Shown in pieces: positions 35,347 to 46,876 of a DNA stretch of 64,000 nt. The translations under genes were made by a program, and so were the position numbers. Numbering within the stretch: position 1 is the first letter of the stretch; every line of letters starts with the position of its first letter. Under the pieces are notes generated by a model, which saw only the letters and a list, made by a program, of their open reading frames with translations, was not told the DNA's origin and made no database searches. This DNA comes from Sporopachydermia quercuum (Eukaryota): assembly GCA_001599295.1 (NCBI GenBank), contig BCGN01000001.1:1488001-1552000 (forward strand), in the 5' to 3' direction.

Positions 35347-38300
35347 TTAATTGACAGCTCTCAAAGAAGTGGTATTTGACTCATTATGGTGACAGACACC
35401 AAATTCAAGATCACAGTCATATTTCTTATGAATCTTATCATCATCATCATCATCATCATCATCATCTCTGGGGTCAATGTATGCGACTTTAGAAACACTT
35501 ACTTCATGATAATCAGAGCCAAATGGTAGTTTATACTTTAAAATTCCTCTTACTACTAAATCAAATGGATGTAATTGGATTGTATTCCAGTCAGCTGTTT
35601 GATCCCAATTATTGTTTGCAAGGGTGATCGCACTATCATGTTGACTGCGAATAATCGGTGACAGTATTCTGCTCAGCAAAGTTTGTCCTTGAGAGCTTGT
35701 TTCATCGTTCTCCGTAGTGTTTGAGCAAGGATGCATCAGGTGCACTTCTCCTACTGACTTTAACAATCTTCTGTTGAATAAGCCTCCATCAAATTGCAAA
35801 GGAAGTTCAAGATGGAATATAGTTCCTAATTTGACTAAAGCCGTCTCATTTCCTCCAAATCCTCCTCTGTCATCTCCTCCACTTTCTTTACTCGACACTC
35901 TCAAGCTACTGCTATCATCTCCCTTATTATCATGAGTATCATTATTATTATTATTATTGTTATTATCATCTCCATTCTTATCATCATCATCTCCATCATT
36001 TCCACTACCATCAGGCGCCTGATAGTATGCAGTACGAGCAAATATATCTAATTCAACTTCTTCAATTGCAATCCCTACAATTCCAGGATTAAATCCCTCA
36101 GTAACTAAATCAAATATAAGTTCATCCTCTGAAACTAATACCCCTGTTAAACTAACTATTCGTACACTTTGTAGCTCTTTCCTTGTAGCTAGAAAGCATC
36201 CCATGAAGAAACCAAGTATGAGAACTGATATCGTCATTATAAACAACCAAATAGAAAACTTCAGGTAAGCATTGGCTTCCCGACGCTTTCTAGGCATTGC
36301 GAATCTCTCAAATGTTCCCTGAGGATCCATTCCAAACATATATCTAGCATCACCTGTTGATCCGTAAGTTTGAGAAAAATTATGTGGTGAATATACTATA
36401 GGATATTGTATATTTGATCCAGTGCTGCCATGAGATGAATGTCGAGCGAAGCCAAATCCTGGCATAGCTGAGGAATCCACTCTAAATCTACCACCAGAGC
36501 GTATTCCTCTTCTTAATGGTGTATATTCGTTATAATACTCTTGAACATCAATTCCTTCATCGTCATCACCTCCTGAAATGAATCTCCTCGGCAATCTGGC
36601 TCCGCTTGGATCAAATAGCCTTGAAGCTGTTGTTCTAAGGTCTCTTCTACTAGTATTATCATCAGTTACTGTTCCATTTGCTTGATCTGTGGGATTTTCA
36701 ACTAATCCTTGATTAGAAACACTTCCTATGGTACTGGTTCTGCTCATATTCTGNGCTGCATTACCTTGTATTCTTGGCCATTTCTTTAACGAACCTCCAG
36801 CTGATATTGCAGGATGATTTGATTTTGTTGATGAGTTATTCCCTTTATACTTTTGATTATGCCTATGATTCTGATGGAGCTGTGGATTATTACGTGAATG
36901 ATTATATGACTGGGTATGTTGAGATCTGTAGCCTTCTGAATCGTATGCTGTGTTCTCATATTCATCATATCGTTTGCTCAGTAAAGCTGATCTTATGAAA
37001 TCTCTTTGATCTCCATTCTGTATTATTGTGTCATCCTCATCGTTGTATTTATCCGCCTCTGTTTCCGCTTGCTTGAGAAGTTGTCTGGTCTTCCTTTTAC
37101 TCTTAGATGATGATGATCCTGAAGAATTTGACGGTTGATCGCCCATTGGCTTCGTTATCGTACGGTCTTCATAATCAGTAGGATTCTCATTAACTGCTGT
37201 CGATCCTGTGCTTATAATACTAGAAGCTCTATGATATTTCTTTAACTGAGGTCTTCTATTNGTTTCTGAATCATAGCCATCTTCTTTGCAATAATTGCTG
37301 GTACCAAAAGTGCTTGGCTTCCTGACTGACCCTGGTGGCCCTGTATTATTATTGATTTCTGTTTCAGACTGTGAGTAGTAAGCTTCATTAGTTGAAAACA
37401 CTCGTGATCCACTTTCTGGTACTATAGAGGGATAGTTTTGTCTGGGAGGTCTGCTTNTGGTGTTAGCTGTGGAATAATTCATGTGAGAATTGGCGTCTGG
37501 GATGCCAGAATTTACAAGGCCGTCAAGTCGCAATTGAGAGCCTGTACCTGAGGATTTATACATCAAACGACCAGCAGAAGGAAGAACATCAGGTATACCA
37601 TTCGTAGACGCTGCTGCGTTCACAGGTAAGCCCGTAGTTGTAGTTGCTGTTGTACCTCCCGATGAACCTGTTCCTGCTCCTGCTCCTGAAGCTGATACTG
37701 CTCCCGATACTGCTACTGCTGTTCCAGCTCCGGTAGTTGAACTTCCCGCCACTGCAGCTGGTTCCTGTCTCTTGGACTCATAAACAAATGTCTCGTCTGA
37801 ATCTTCGGATTCCGCCTCACCAACAGCAGAAGCTACCTTAGCAGCAAAATATTCAACTTTGGTTGATGCAGTACCCAAGTTGAGACTGGAGCCATTCATT
37901 TTCTTCTTGTAGGATTTCTTATTCTTATTTTTGTTCTTCCGGGAGTTACCATTGTTGGGTGGGCCATCAGCTAAAGAATTACCACCTGTAGCAGATTTAG
38001 ATGCAGCCGTAGATGTTTTTTGTTCGGGTGCCACACCAATAGATTTATGATGTACAGATTCCTCTTCGAAATGATCATTCAATTCATCAGGGTGCTCTAA
38101 TCCATTTTCACTTAAAACCCCTGGACCGCCCTGCCCTCCGGAAAGTGTTTCAACATCCATACCATTGATCGTAGAGTCTATTTGATGGTGATCTTCGGGA
38201 TCTACTATGCTACCGGCAGCACTCATGGTTGCCCCAATAAATGTACCTTCTTCATTCGTATGCGTTGCTCCGCCAGTACCAATAGCCGAGGTTTGATAGT

Positions 38301-38886
38301 CACTTGATGTATTATCAGTAGCAAATGTACTTGAAGCTGGTGTAGGAGGTACAGAGGCTCTGTTAATAGGCACTAATATAGCTGAATCACTCATTATAGC
38401 TTTCTTAGTCGAATAGCCTGCAGTCATATTGGAATTCATAGGGTTTTCGTTGTTTATTAGTTCTCCTGTAATATTATGTTCATCATTATTAATAGATTGG
38501 GTTCCTGATGGTATTTCATCAATAGTTCTAGTAGCAACATTGATTGTTGGCACAGCAGCGACAGTTTCTGTTTCCACAGTCATATTAACTGCCTTTTTCC
38601 CTCCTTTCAATTTAGACATGCTTGTTATTTTACCAAAATCCGGCGATGACGCCACAGATGTTTTCCTTAAAATAGGTGCTTCTATCGTTGTCCCGGAACT
38701 TTGTATAGTATGATTTGAGGATACAGATTTCTTCTTTGTATGCTGATGAACGGTAGTTTGATCTGTCGGTGAGTTTTCAACNGATACTTTATTATTGGTA
38801 ACATTGTTATTTATACCGTTTAACGAATTGGGGTTCCAACTTGTTGGCCCTTTATTCTGGCTACCATCGGTATTAGTTACGACCAT
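35347..38886 (-). CDS. VAC7: Vacuolar segregation protein Vac7 (Fab1 regulator; 1179 aa)
   Basis: MTVETETV, FAAKVASAV.EAESEDSDETFVYES, YSPHNF, a single TM segment, then VLVSEDELIFDL..GFNP and F.LVVRGILKY.LP luminal domain. Confidence 0.9.
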   Translation of the reverse strand: MVVTNTDGSQNKGPTSWNPNSLNGINNNVTNNKVXVENSPTDQTTVHQHTKKKSVSSNHTIQSSGTTIEAPILRKTSVASSPDFGKITSMSKLKGGKKAVNMTVETETVAAVPTINVATRTIDEIPSGTQSINNDEHNITGELINNENPMNSNMTAGYSTKKAIMSDSAILVPINRASVPPTPASSTFATDNTSSDYQTSAIGTGGATHTNEEGTFIGATMSAAGSIVDPEDHHQIDSTINGMDVETLSGGQGGPGVLSENGLEHPDELNDHFEEESVHHKSIGVAPEQKTSTAASKSATGGNSLADGPPNNGNSRKNKNKNKKSYKKKMNGSSLNLGTASTKVEYFAAKVASAVGEAESEDSDETFVYESKRQEPAAVAGSSTTGAGTAVAVSGAVSASGAGAGTGSSGGTTATTTTGLPVNAAASTNGIPDVLPSAGRLMYKSSGTGSQLRLDGLVNSGIPDANSHMNYSTANTXSRPPRQNYPSIVPESGSRVFSTNEAYYSQSETEINNNTGPPGSVRKPSTFGTSNYCKEDGYDSEXNRRPQLKKYHRASSIISTGSTAVNENPTDYEDRTITKPMGDQPSNSSGSSSSKSKRKTRQLLKQAETEADKYNDEDDTIIQNGDQRDFIRSALLSKRYDEYENTAYDSEGYRSQHTQSYNHSRNNPQLHQNHRHNQKYKGNNSSTKSNHPAISAGGSLKKWPRIQGNAXQNMSRTSTIGSVSNQGLVENPTDQANGTVTDDNTSRRDLRTTASRLFDPSGARLPRRFISGGDDDEGIDVQEYYNEYTPLRRGIRSGGRFRVDSSAMPGFGFARHSSHGSTGSNIQYPIVYSPHNFSQTYGSTGDARYMFGMDPQGTFERFAMPRKRREANAYLKFSIWLFIMTISVLILGFFMGCFLATRKELQSVRIVSLTGVLVSEDELIFDLVTEGFNPGIVGIAIEEVELDIFARTAYYQAPDGSGNDGDDDDKNGDDNNNNNNNNDTHDNKGDDSSSLRVSSKESGGDDRGGFGGNETALVKLGTIFHLELPLQFDGGLFNRRLLKSVGEVHLMHPCSNTTENDETSSQGQTLLSRILSPIIRSQHDSAITLANNNWDQTADWNTIQLHPFDLVVRGILKYKLPFGSDYHEVSVSKVAYIDPRDDDDDDDDDDKIHKKYDCDLEFGVCHHNESNTTSLRAVN
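35437..35466. repeat. (ATC)10 microsatellite encoding poly-Asp in the Vac7 C-terminus
   Basis: Read directly; it matches the D10 run in the translation. Confidence 0.9.
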
Positions 38887-39022
38887 TTTCTATAAAGTGT
38901 ATATTTTGTGACGATAGTTGTGATGATAATGACAAAGAAAGCACCAGCACCTAATTTGTTGGTACTGTAACCATCTACTGCTTATCTTAACACTAAAACT
39001 AGCTTAATAACTGGTCGCTGCT

Positions 39023-39078
39023 TTTCTATTGCTGTTTCTATTGCTGTTTCTATTGCTGTTTCTATTGCTGTTTCTATT
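39023..39078. repeat. Tandem repeat, ~4.7 x 12 bp (TTTCTATTGCTG) upstream of VAC7
   Basis: Four perfect copies plus an 8-nt partial copy, about 140 nt before the VAC7 ATG. Confidence 0.95.
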
Positions 39079-40192
39079 CAATTTATACCAGTTTGGTAGT
39101 AGTATGCCCGGGTTCAAAAAACCCTGAAATTCAGTCTTATCTTCGATGATCCATGCAACCAGTGTTCTTACTATTGTTGTTTNGACCTCGCAAGTATGTA
39201 GGTAGAACGTGATTTCAATAACAGGCGAGTAATTAACAATACGCTACTAATTAAATGGTACAGTACTGGGCTTCAAATTAGGACATTAATCAAAGTGAAT
39301 AGGAATAAATAAGAAAGTAAATAAAATCCATTACCGAGAGGAGAGGCCAACGAAGTGAATGAGCCATCGCCATCATCATTCACAGTTGTCAACAGGATTA
39401 AGNAGTAAGTTTATTTGTATTGTTATGTATATCTGATAGTGGCTACTNTAATGATTTGTGAAATCTTGCGTATTGTGCGGATAATTTCGGAAAACGAAAC
39501 TNCGGNGAAGATAACAGAAAGCGGAAATTATGACTGTTCTTCTTTAAGAGGGAAAATAGGGTTAGGGTTTAGTATACATTGATATGCATAATCATGCAAA
39601 GTTTTGATTGCTTTGGTGATAAATGAGTTAATGATTTGCTTATTAGATAGCATAATAAGTTGAGCTAGAATGAAATAAATACATAGTATCAGTTAGTAGG
39701 CAAAATATTTGGGAGTGTTCTTAATATTCAGCTTAAAAAGTACATAATTTCTTACTCCTTGACGGCATACCTAGAACTATCATCACGTGAGTATGTATGT
39801 AGATGCCTTTGGTTATTTATGTATGATCGTGCATGGAACACTAAGGCGGTTATTTTTGTTTCTATCAAACTATCGCATCACAAAACTGTGTTCATAATTA
39901 TTTGTCTTTCTCTTCTTTCTCTTTTTGATGTATTCACTCATCGCTAGCTTTCAGTTTTAATATTATTATCATTGATGCTTCGTTATTATTACTGCGGAAG
40001 TTATATTCTGTTGGTTAGAATCAGTTTCAATATCTACATCACTAGTAAGTGAAACTAGTTTCTTATCTGAAACGCAATAAGGTATTGTAAGGCTAGTACT
40101 ATATTGTCACAAGACTTGTGTTATTCTGTTACTGGGTGACGTCTAGTGAACTTATTACCACTTTCCTATTATCCACTCTGGTGAGCTTCACA

Positions 40193-41742
40193 ATGGAAGT
40201 ATCAACTCGAAGTAAAACTGACTTACCCCAGGAATCAGTATCAGAAAGTATGTCTTGCTTACAAGGACTAGAAGAGTCCACTAGTGCTAGGTACCTTTTA
40301 GGAGAATCAGCTTGCGATTCCTCGAATTTGTTCTTCCCAGAAGAATTGTTTGAAGAGTTATTTTATTCCGCAATGTCATCGGGGAAAGGCCACAACTCGA
40401 TCAATGGCTCCAAACAAAGCTCTGTTAATACATGGTCGTTAAGTAAATTCCATCCACTCTCAGAGTGTCACTCGGTTTCTTATTCAAATAACTGTTCGAA
40501 TGATAAACAGAAAGGGTCAGAACAGGAACCGGGTTTGGGAATGGAAATGAAAGTTAATTATCCTGGTCTACAAAAGAGTATCAATGGCAGTAGAATNGGA
40601 TTGCCGTACTATCAATTCAACAAAGATTCGTTTGATTCAAGAAACTTTTCCTATGGTTCAAGAGTGAATTCTCGGCTCAACTGTGATGGATCAATTATTA
40701 GTCAAGACTTTGGGCCTTGTATGGTTTAACCTTGATAATTGCATCTACATTGATAGAAGAAATCATTCGCAAGAATACTAACACCCATATTTGTTCTTCC
40801 TATTTAGTTATTAATCCATTCATACTAGCAGCCACTAATTTTGGGAGAGAGAAAGAGAGAAACACCACTTCAAATTCAATAGCTTTATCAGAATTGGAGA
40901 AACAACAAATTGAAAAACTAGATAGTCCTCGTGATTGGGATTCGTTCATGGATTCCAAATTTCAGATTGATGATGATTTGGAATTATCGGTTTATCTGCC
41001 TGATTTTCCATCGGCATCGACTACAATCGACAATAGATTCTCATCAAAAACTCTACCTATATCTTCAGGNTCTGTCCCTACAGCATCTGCTGGGTTGTCA
41101 ACAAGTACTCCTAACATTGATAGCTGTCCATCCACTTCAATTTCAAAACTGAATTTGTTATCATTTCGTGATACAGTGTCGGCAAACACTAACAGCAGTA
41201 ATCCGATGAGCGTATTATCCTCAGATGGCATCTCTAAAACTGAGCAAAAATACTCAATCGGCTGTTCATATCCTCGATATGAGAACAATTTGAGCTTTAC
41301 CGATGGTGATACATCACAGCCATTTGATAATACCAATAACTCTGAAGAGGGAAATATACGAACAAAGGAGAATGAGACAAACTTTAGATCTCTAGTTCAA
41401 GAAGCTAAGAGTATGCTCAAACGTTTTACNTCAATGCGGAAACAACCGAAGGTTCAATACCAGCTTGATAAAAATAACTCATTCGCTGAAACATACCCAA
41501 GTTCTGAGAATACTTATACACCACCTGTTCCACATAATAAGAGAAGTGATCTTTTTGAACTGTGTGTCGTAAATTTACCGTCATCTAATGGACAGTCATC
41601 GAAGAGTGGGAGTTTTGCTATTCAATCTACAAAATCAAGTGAAAAGCAAAGCTCAGTTAGAAGAAGCCTTTATCAAAAAGGTATCAAAGCAACAGAGGAG
41701 CTCAAAAGAACAAAATCAAGACTTTTTTCTCCTCAAAAATAA
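40193..41742 (+). CDS. Ser-rich hypothetical protein, 2 exons (40193-40718, 40808-41742; ~486 aa)
   Basis: ORFs 40118..40729 and 40717..41742 are joined in phase by intron GTATGG(40719)..TACTAAC(~40776)..TAG(40807). No family was recognised. Confidence 0.65.
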
Positions 41743-42042
41743 GCTATAACATTTCAGTGGCATAGAGTATTTTATTTGCTTTTAGTCTTCAAGATGTCAC
41801 TACGGCGTGATTATCTAACTGGTTACTATAAATCCTTTGGAGGTGAATAACGATTGATATTTATTGTATTCAATGACTGTTATTTTCTTTATGAGCTCAT
41901 CTCAAAANTCATCAAATTTGCTGATATTCATTATATCCAATATTATATCTTATGGTTCATATTATGTTCTATGTTATACACTACTACTATTTAATCTATG
42001 TCTTGTATCAAATAAAATAAAATCAATACCCCTAGATCATAA

Positions 42043-43251
42043 TCATAAGCTATTCCTTTTCATTAGTAATACCCTTATCCATTCATGACAATGATGAATC
42101 CACTCATCATGACAAATAATAAATTTCCCTGTTCTTTTCTTTTCGTCCACTGATTCAGACTCTAACGATGTCGCATCCATTGCTAACAACATTCGAAAGA
42201 TCTCCAATTCATCAGCTGGGCATCTGAACTTATGTGCCAACAATACAACCGTCTCAGGAGAATTATCCGTGCATATTTCGAGTGTTTTAACCAATGATTC
42301 GTAGCTACTAGAGTTATATGTACAGTCTGAAATCAGAATCAAATCCCATGTTTTATTGTGACTCTTTGATCCTGGTACATTTTCATTATNCCAATCAAAC
42401 TCTTCAAATANTATTTCTCCAAGTTGTCGTCCTCGGTAGTGATTAATCTCATTTATATTCTTCTGACATAATTCTTCACCTTCGATCAAATCAGTAAGTC
42501 TTACTCCTTGAGAAGTAGTATTCATATCCCACNTATTAACCAATGACAATCCAAGNAATCCACATCCTGTGCCTAATTCAAGTACTTGAATACCTTTCTT
42601 TTCTACTAGTTGTTTCAATTCTTCTCCAAATTCCATACTTAGTAATCTTCTGGTCGCCAACCCAGCATCCCAAAGATGCCTGGCTATGTNTTCACCGTTC
42701 TCTTCCCAAAGTATCATATCCCCTAATTGTCTCCATACATATCTATCAGCTTTTCCTACTTTAACTTTACCATCGGAGCCATTTATAAGCAGATGGGCGC
42801 TACAAACGGGTAGAAACGTATTTTCTTTCCAAGTCTGGACTCGATCGCTTTTTGCAACATCAACGGTATCACGAAAACTGGCTTCCCACCAATGACGGTC
42901 ATCATCGGCAGCATCTTTACCTTGAATAAAATCAACAACAGCAACAGATACTGTTAAATATGTTTTCTTTTTATATGTCTGTATATTCAATTCTTTCGAA
43001 TAAATTGTATGACGCTTACTAGGATTCCAAATAGTTTTTTCACTTGATATCAGTGTGCTTCTTGAGTGACAGCGCACGTTTGATGAACTATGAAGGTGAA
43101 CTTCTGTTAGAATTGTTAGCTCTCTAGGGTATGTGAAGTCACCTAAGTCATTAGTTATTGATATTAAATGTGAAAGAGTGCAAGATGCTTTACTTGAGAC
43201 TTGATTGATGTTTGTAATCGTTGGCGGCTTAACGAATCGTATATGATACAT
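42043..43251 (-). CDS. Putative protein-lysine methyltransferase, METTL21/Methyltransf_16 family (402 aa)
   Basis: EENGExIARHLWDAG, VLELGTGCG, LTDL, DLILISDCTYN and LAHK.R motifs, plus the fungal M(Y)xIRF.K.P N-terminus. Confidence 0.85.
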   Translation of the reverse strand: MYHIRFVKPPTITNINQVSSKASCTLSHLISITNDLGDFTYPRELTILTEVHLHSSSNVRCHSRSTLISSEKTIWNPSKRHTIYSKELNIQTYKKKTYLTVSVAVVDFIQGKDAADDDRHWWEASFRDTVDVAKSDRVQTWKENTFLPVCSAHLLINGSDGKVKVGKADRYVWRQLGDMILWEENGEXIARHLWDAGLATRRLLSMEFGEELKQLVEKKGIQVLELGTGCGXLGLSLVNXWDMNTTSQGVRLTDLIEGEELCQKNINEINHYRGRQLGEIXFEEFDWXNENVPGSKSHNKTWDLILISDCTYNSSSYESLVKTLEICTDNSPETVVLLAHKFRCPADELEIFRMLLAMDATSLESESVDEKKRTGKFIICHDEWIHHCHEWIRVLLMKRNSL

Positions 43252-44117
43252 GATGGATTTGAGTATGTTAGTATGAGTGCGGCTTTAGTCTCTAATCAAA
43301 ATATTACACTAATTCGAGATATATATGTTTATGTGAGAANAGCGAGTGCATATAATAAACCTTTTTTTCTATACTAAATGGGCTTCTGGTTTTATTGATT
43401 ATAGGAATAGCGAAAGAATGTATGAAGAATGGAAGCTGTGCTATGCTTTCAGTTCCAGAAGATAAGAAGCCTTTTGCACACTACAAAAATTCGAGACCCT
43501 GTAATATTCAGAAATACTGATGTTTTCCAAATGGAAGAGATTCTAGTTTTGTAAATATTGATACAGTTTGGTTGCAACTGGCAGTCGAAATAATCGTAAA
43601 TCATGAATGTATGGATATTATGGATATTATAGCGCACATCTCGCTACTGTCTACTAGTTATACTGGTTACTGACATCAGATCAATAAATCTCTCCAAGAA
43701 CAAAAGTAGGACTAGATGTCCTACATTTAATTTATTTATANGTCAAAAAAATATCATTTGCTATATACAAAGTACCCAGAAACTTGCATCTGGGTATGCT
43801 AGAAGGTATGACTCATATTAAGTACTCACATGATGAGACACATTTGGAAAGAAAGAAGAAGAATGCAATCATCTTAGTCGGAAGATCCAAAATATTGTTA
43901 ACAAAAATACTTCGATGGCCTTTCTAACACNCAATTCTTACATAGAAATTATTTTCACTTCTTTATCACATTCATTCTGTCTGAATAAATTCAGAAAATT
44001 CCCTCTCCAATTCATGTCCAACTTTCAAAGTGCAATCTTCATATTCTCATCTCTTCTAAGACACTCTCCAAATATTCTTTTTTCATAATAGACTTACAAT
44101 CCATCTACAAAACTGCT

Positions 44118-44961
44118 TTAATTTTCCTTCAACAGACCCTCAACCCCATTTGTCTTCAAAACATATTTCCTTATCAGATTCTTCTTGATGTTGTTCTTGA
44201 TATCAGCGGGATCTTTCTTTGCCCATTCCTTTATAATATCATTAGTTCTATTTTCATCCTTTAAGATCTGTTCAACTATGTCATCGGTCCTATTGATTCT
44301 CAATTTAAGTGAACCAAGAGAATCTCGNAGCTCAGCAATTTCCGTTTCAAATAAAGCAGTTTTTTGTCCTTTGTTGACGTTCAACAGTATCTTTAGTTCT
44401 TCCAACCTTTCACTGTCTTCCTTTGTGAAGTTTTCTCCCGATGTATCATCTTTGTATACAAGTTGTTTATGCAGTAATTGGTCTAATTCTGTTAAATTTT
44501 CAATGACGGATGGACCACTAGCATCTCGTGAAGCACGGGCTTGCATAAACTCAGAACGTAATTCAGCTTCTCTAGCTTTCGCAGTTTTCTTGGCCAACGA
44601 TTCATACTCAATGAACTTTTGACCTTTCGCTGATTTGATTTGAGTTACTGCAAAGAATTTTTTAGCTGATAGTGGTCTTGTGGCCTCAATGGAGATAATA
44701 TCACCAGTTCTGCAAAGATTACCTTCGTCATGAACTAACATATCTTTACGTTTGAAAACAAACTGGAAAGAAATTCGATAGTTAGCAACTGAACTCCTAC
44801 TTGATAGCTCAAAACAAATTACTCTGCTGAATCCAAAATTTTCAAATTTATCATACCTTTTGAGCATAGTTATCAAACAGCTGTCTTTGAATTCTGACTT
44901 TGATAGTCTTATCCATCTTCCCGTGTGAGACCACGAGACCAACAAAACTCTGTCTAGGCAT
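44118..44961 (-). CDS. MRPS17: Mitochondrial ribosomal protein uS17m, 2 exons (44961-44857, 44762-44118; 249 aa)
   Basis: Exon 1 reads MPRQSFVGLVVSHGKMDKTIKVRIQRQLFDNYAQK. Intron GTATGA(44856)..TGCTAAC..CAG(44763). Exon 2 reads FVFKRKDMLVHDEGNLCRTGDIISIEATRPLSAKKFF (S17 motif). Confidence 0.92.
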
Positions 44962-44993
44962 AGTTGATGCAATCCTATAATACAAGCAATTTA

Positions 44994-45059
44994 CTAGGGG
45001 GTAGATATTCTGTTAGTATGCTTGTAATTATGTGTCTTCTCTCATTCAATCAGAATTAC
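44994..45059 (-). other. Candidate 5'-UTR intron of MRPS17
   Basis: Minus strand TACTAAC(45018-45012)..TAG(44994), 32 nt before the ATG. The nearest donor is TAG|GTAATT(45059); its position is uncertain. Confidence 0.55.
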
Positions 45060-45631
45060 CTAAGTTATTGGTCCATCGACTTTGCGTCGACCAGGCAAAT
45101 ACATAAATCGAAACTCTTCATTCCAGTATAATTTTCATGTTACTCAAGTGGAACAAAACGCTGGTGAAGGATTACCCGGAGGTCTAATAAATTACAGTAA
45201 AAATAGATTATGTGATCGTATTTTGAAGGTTACCGTTAAATGCCAGTATGCAAGTTAATGTATATNTCATGCGGTATNAAAAGTTTATTTATATNGGGAG
45301 TTGGCTGGTCTGTTGATGAGATCTTTCGATAGTAGGCGTTAATAGACTGTGTTGATAGCTTGGTAGAGAATAGTACGTAAACAGTGTTTATTTAATGAGG
45401 TAATATTGTCTAGTTATAGTGACCGGTTCAATTGTTATTTGCTTTGTTTCTTTTTTATGTTTTCTTTTGGTATCTCTAATACCATAGAATGCCATAGCCC
45501 ATGGTGCTCAATTGAAAAAACTGTAAGAAGCAGAGAGCGGCTTCTGTAACTTTATAGCATCAGAATAAAAGACCTGTCGTCATAACAATAAGTTGTATCA
45601 GAAACCATTTCACAAACAAATGTGATGTAAA

Positions 45632-46876
45632 CTAAGAAGAACCAAGAACATGGCCTTGGCCTGAAAAGCTGGTACTTGGTTCAACAGTTGGAAGTATTGA
45701 ACCTGTTGAGGCGCCCACAACAGGTCTTCCAGGCAACTCAAGTCTTCTAAAGTTCACAGGTCTGGTGTCTTTTACTTCTAACTCTCGATAAAAGTGAAAT
45801 ACAGGTGGAATTAAAGAGATCACTCTGTCAATCTTTGATTCAATCTTTTCAACAACAGGTCCCGTTGGTTCAACCATAAAATTTATGAATCCAAAACTCA
45901 CTACCAACACTTTTTGTTAGCATCTAGACGTATTCAAAATTTGCTCTTCAAATGTAGAATCATTATAGTAAATAAAGATTGCAACTTACAAGCATAACCT
46001 GCCACAGCACCAAAAAGATGTCCCATAAAACTTGAACCAGGAATCAAAATCCAAACAATTACTAAACCAATTAAAGGTGTGTAAACCGTAGGAATTGTTC
46101 CCACAGTACCACTGAAATTAAGAAGACCGCATTAGAATACATTTTTCCTTACAGAATTAACATAGCTTTTGAAAATAAAAAAAAAAATAAGTAGAAAGAA
46201 AAAACATACACCTGTATACCAGGTCGTTGTAGACTCTCCTTATGAGCAAAATAAGCTGCAAATGAAAAGACCCAACCACTTGCTCCAAGTACTGAAGTGT
46301 TTGGATAAAAAGCCAGACCCAAAATGCAGTAAGGTAGTGCTGTTACAACAGCCAATACTGCTCAAACAAAGTGACATTCGTTAGTGATGATAATTTCAAT
46401 GATACATCTCTAGTCATATACATATTTAAAACATAAAAACTCACTAACCGTTTAAAACAACGCCAGTTCTCACTGTTCCGTTCAACTTTTCAAATCTGCT
46501 AATTAATGGAATTAATGCAAAGAGATTGAATATAAGATGTAAAATTGAAAGATGACCTAAAGGGTATAACGATATTTGGTTGACTATAAATGATATGTTG
46601 GTTAGAAAGCTGTAGCTGAACGATAATCGTACCAACGAACAAACGACAAAACAATTGCACGGTTCTTATCAATTTGATAGGTTTCAACATACAATTCAAG
46701 GAGGTCAACGATCTAGGACTTAATTTAATAAAATCATTAACAGGAATGAAATAATTCAGTATGTATAGTATAGTCAAAAATACTGTCAAACCCGATGAAA
46801 TGGCTGGAGGAATAGTTTGAGATTCTGCCCAATTCCTGGCGGTTAGGGGGAAAGAAGACACCCCAGCTGGAATCAT
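45632..46876 (-). CDS. RBD2: Rhomboid protease Rbd2, 5 exons (46876-46693, 46583-46449, 46357-46210, 46111-45990, 45900-45632; 285 aa)
   Basis: Four introns (GTATGT, GTTAGT, GTATGT, GTAAGT) with CTAAC/CTAAT branch points all keep the frame. The product has YPLGHLSILHLIFN, FE..NGT, catalytic GASG Ser and PGSSFMGH His. Confidence 0.9.

Noticed and set aside
43229..43273. TACTAAC just upstream of the methyltransferase ATG
   Set aside because: The first AG is about 39 nt away and splicing there would delete the conserved MYHIRFVK start. It also shows that such motifs can occur by chance, which is a caveat for the FUM1 finding.
43772..43797. Hairpin TACCCAGA-AACTTGCA-TCTGGGTA as part of an H/ACA snoRNA
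   Set aside because: No valid H box follows it and it has no pseudouridylation pocket; it is an isolated short stem.
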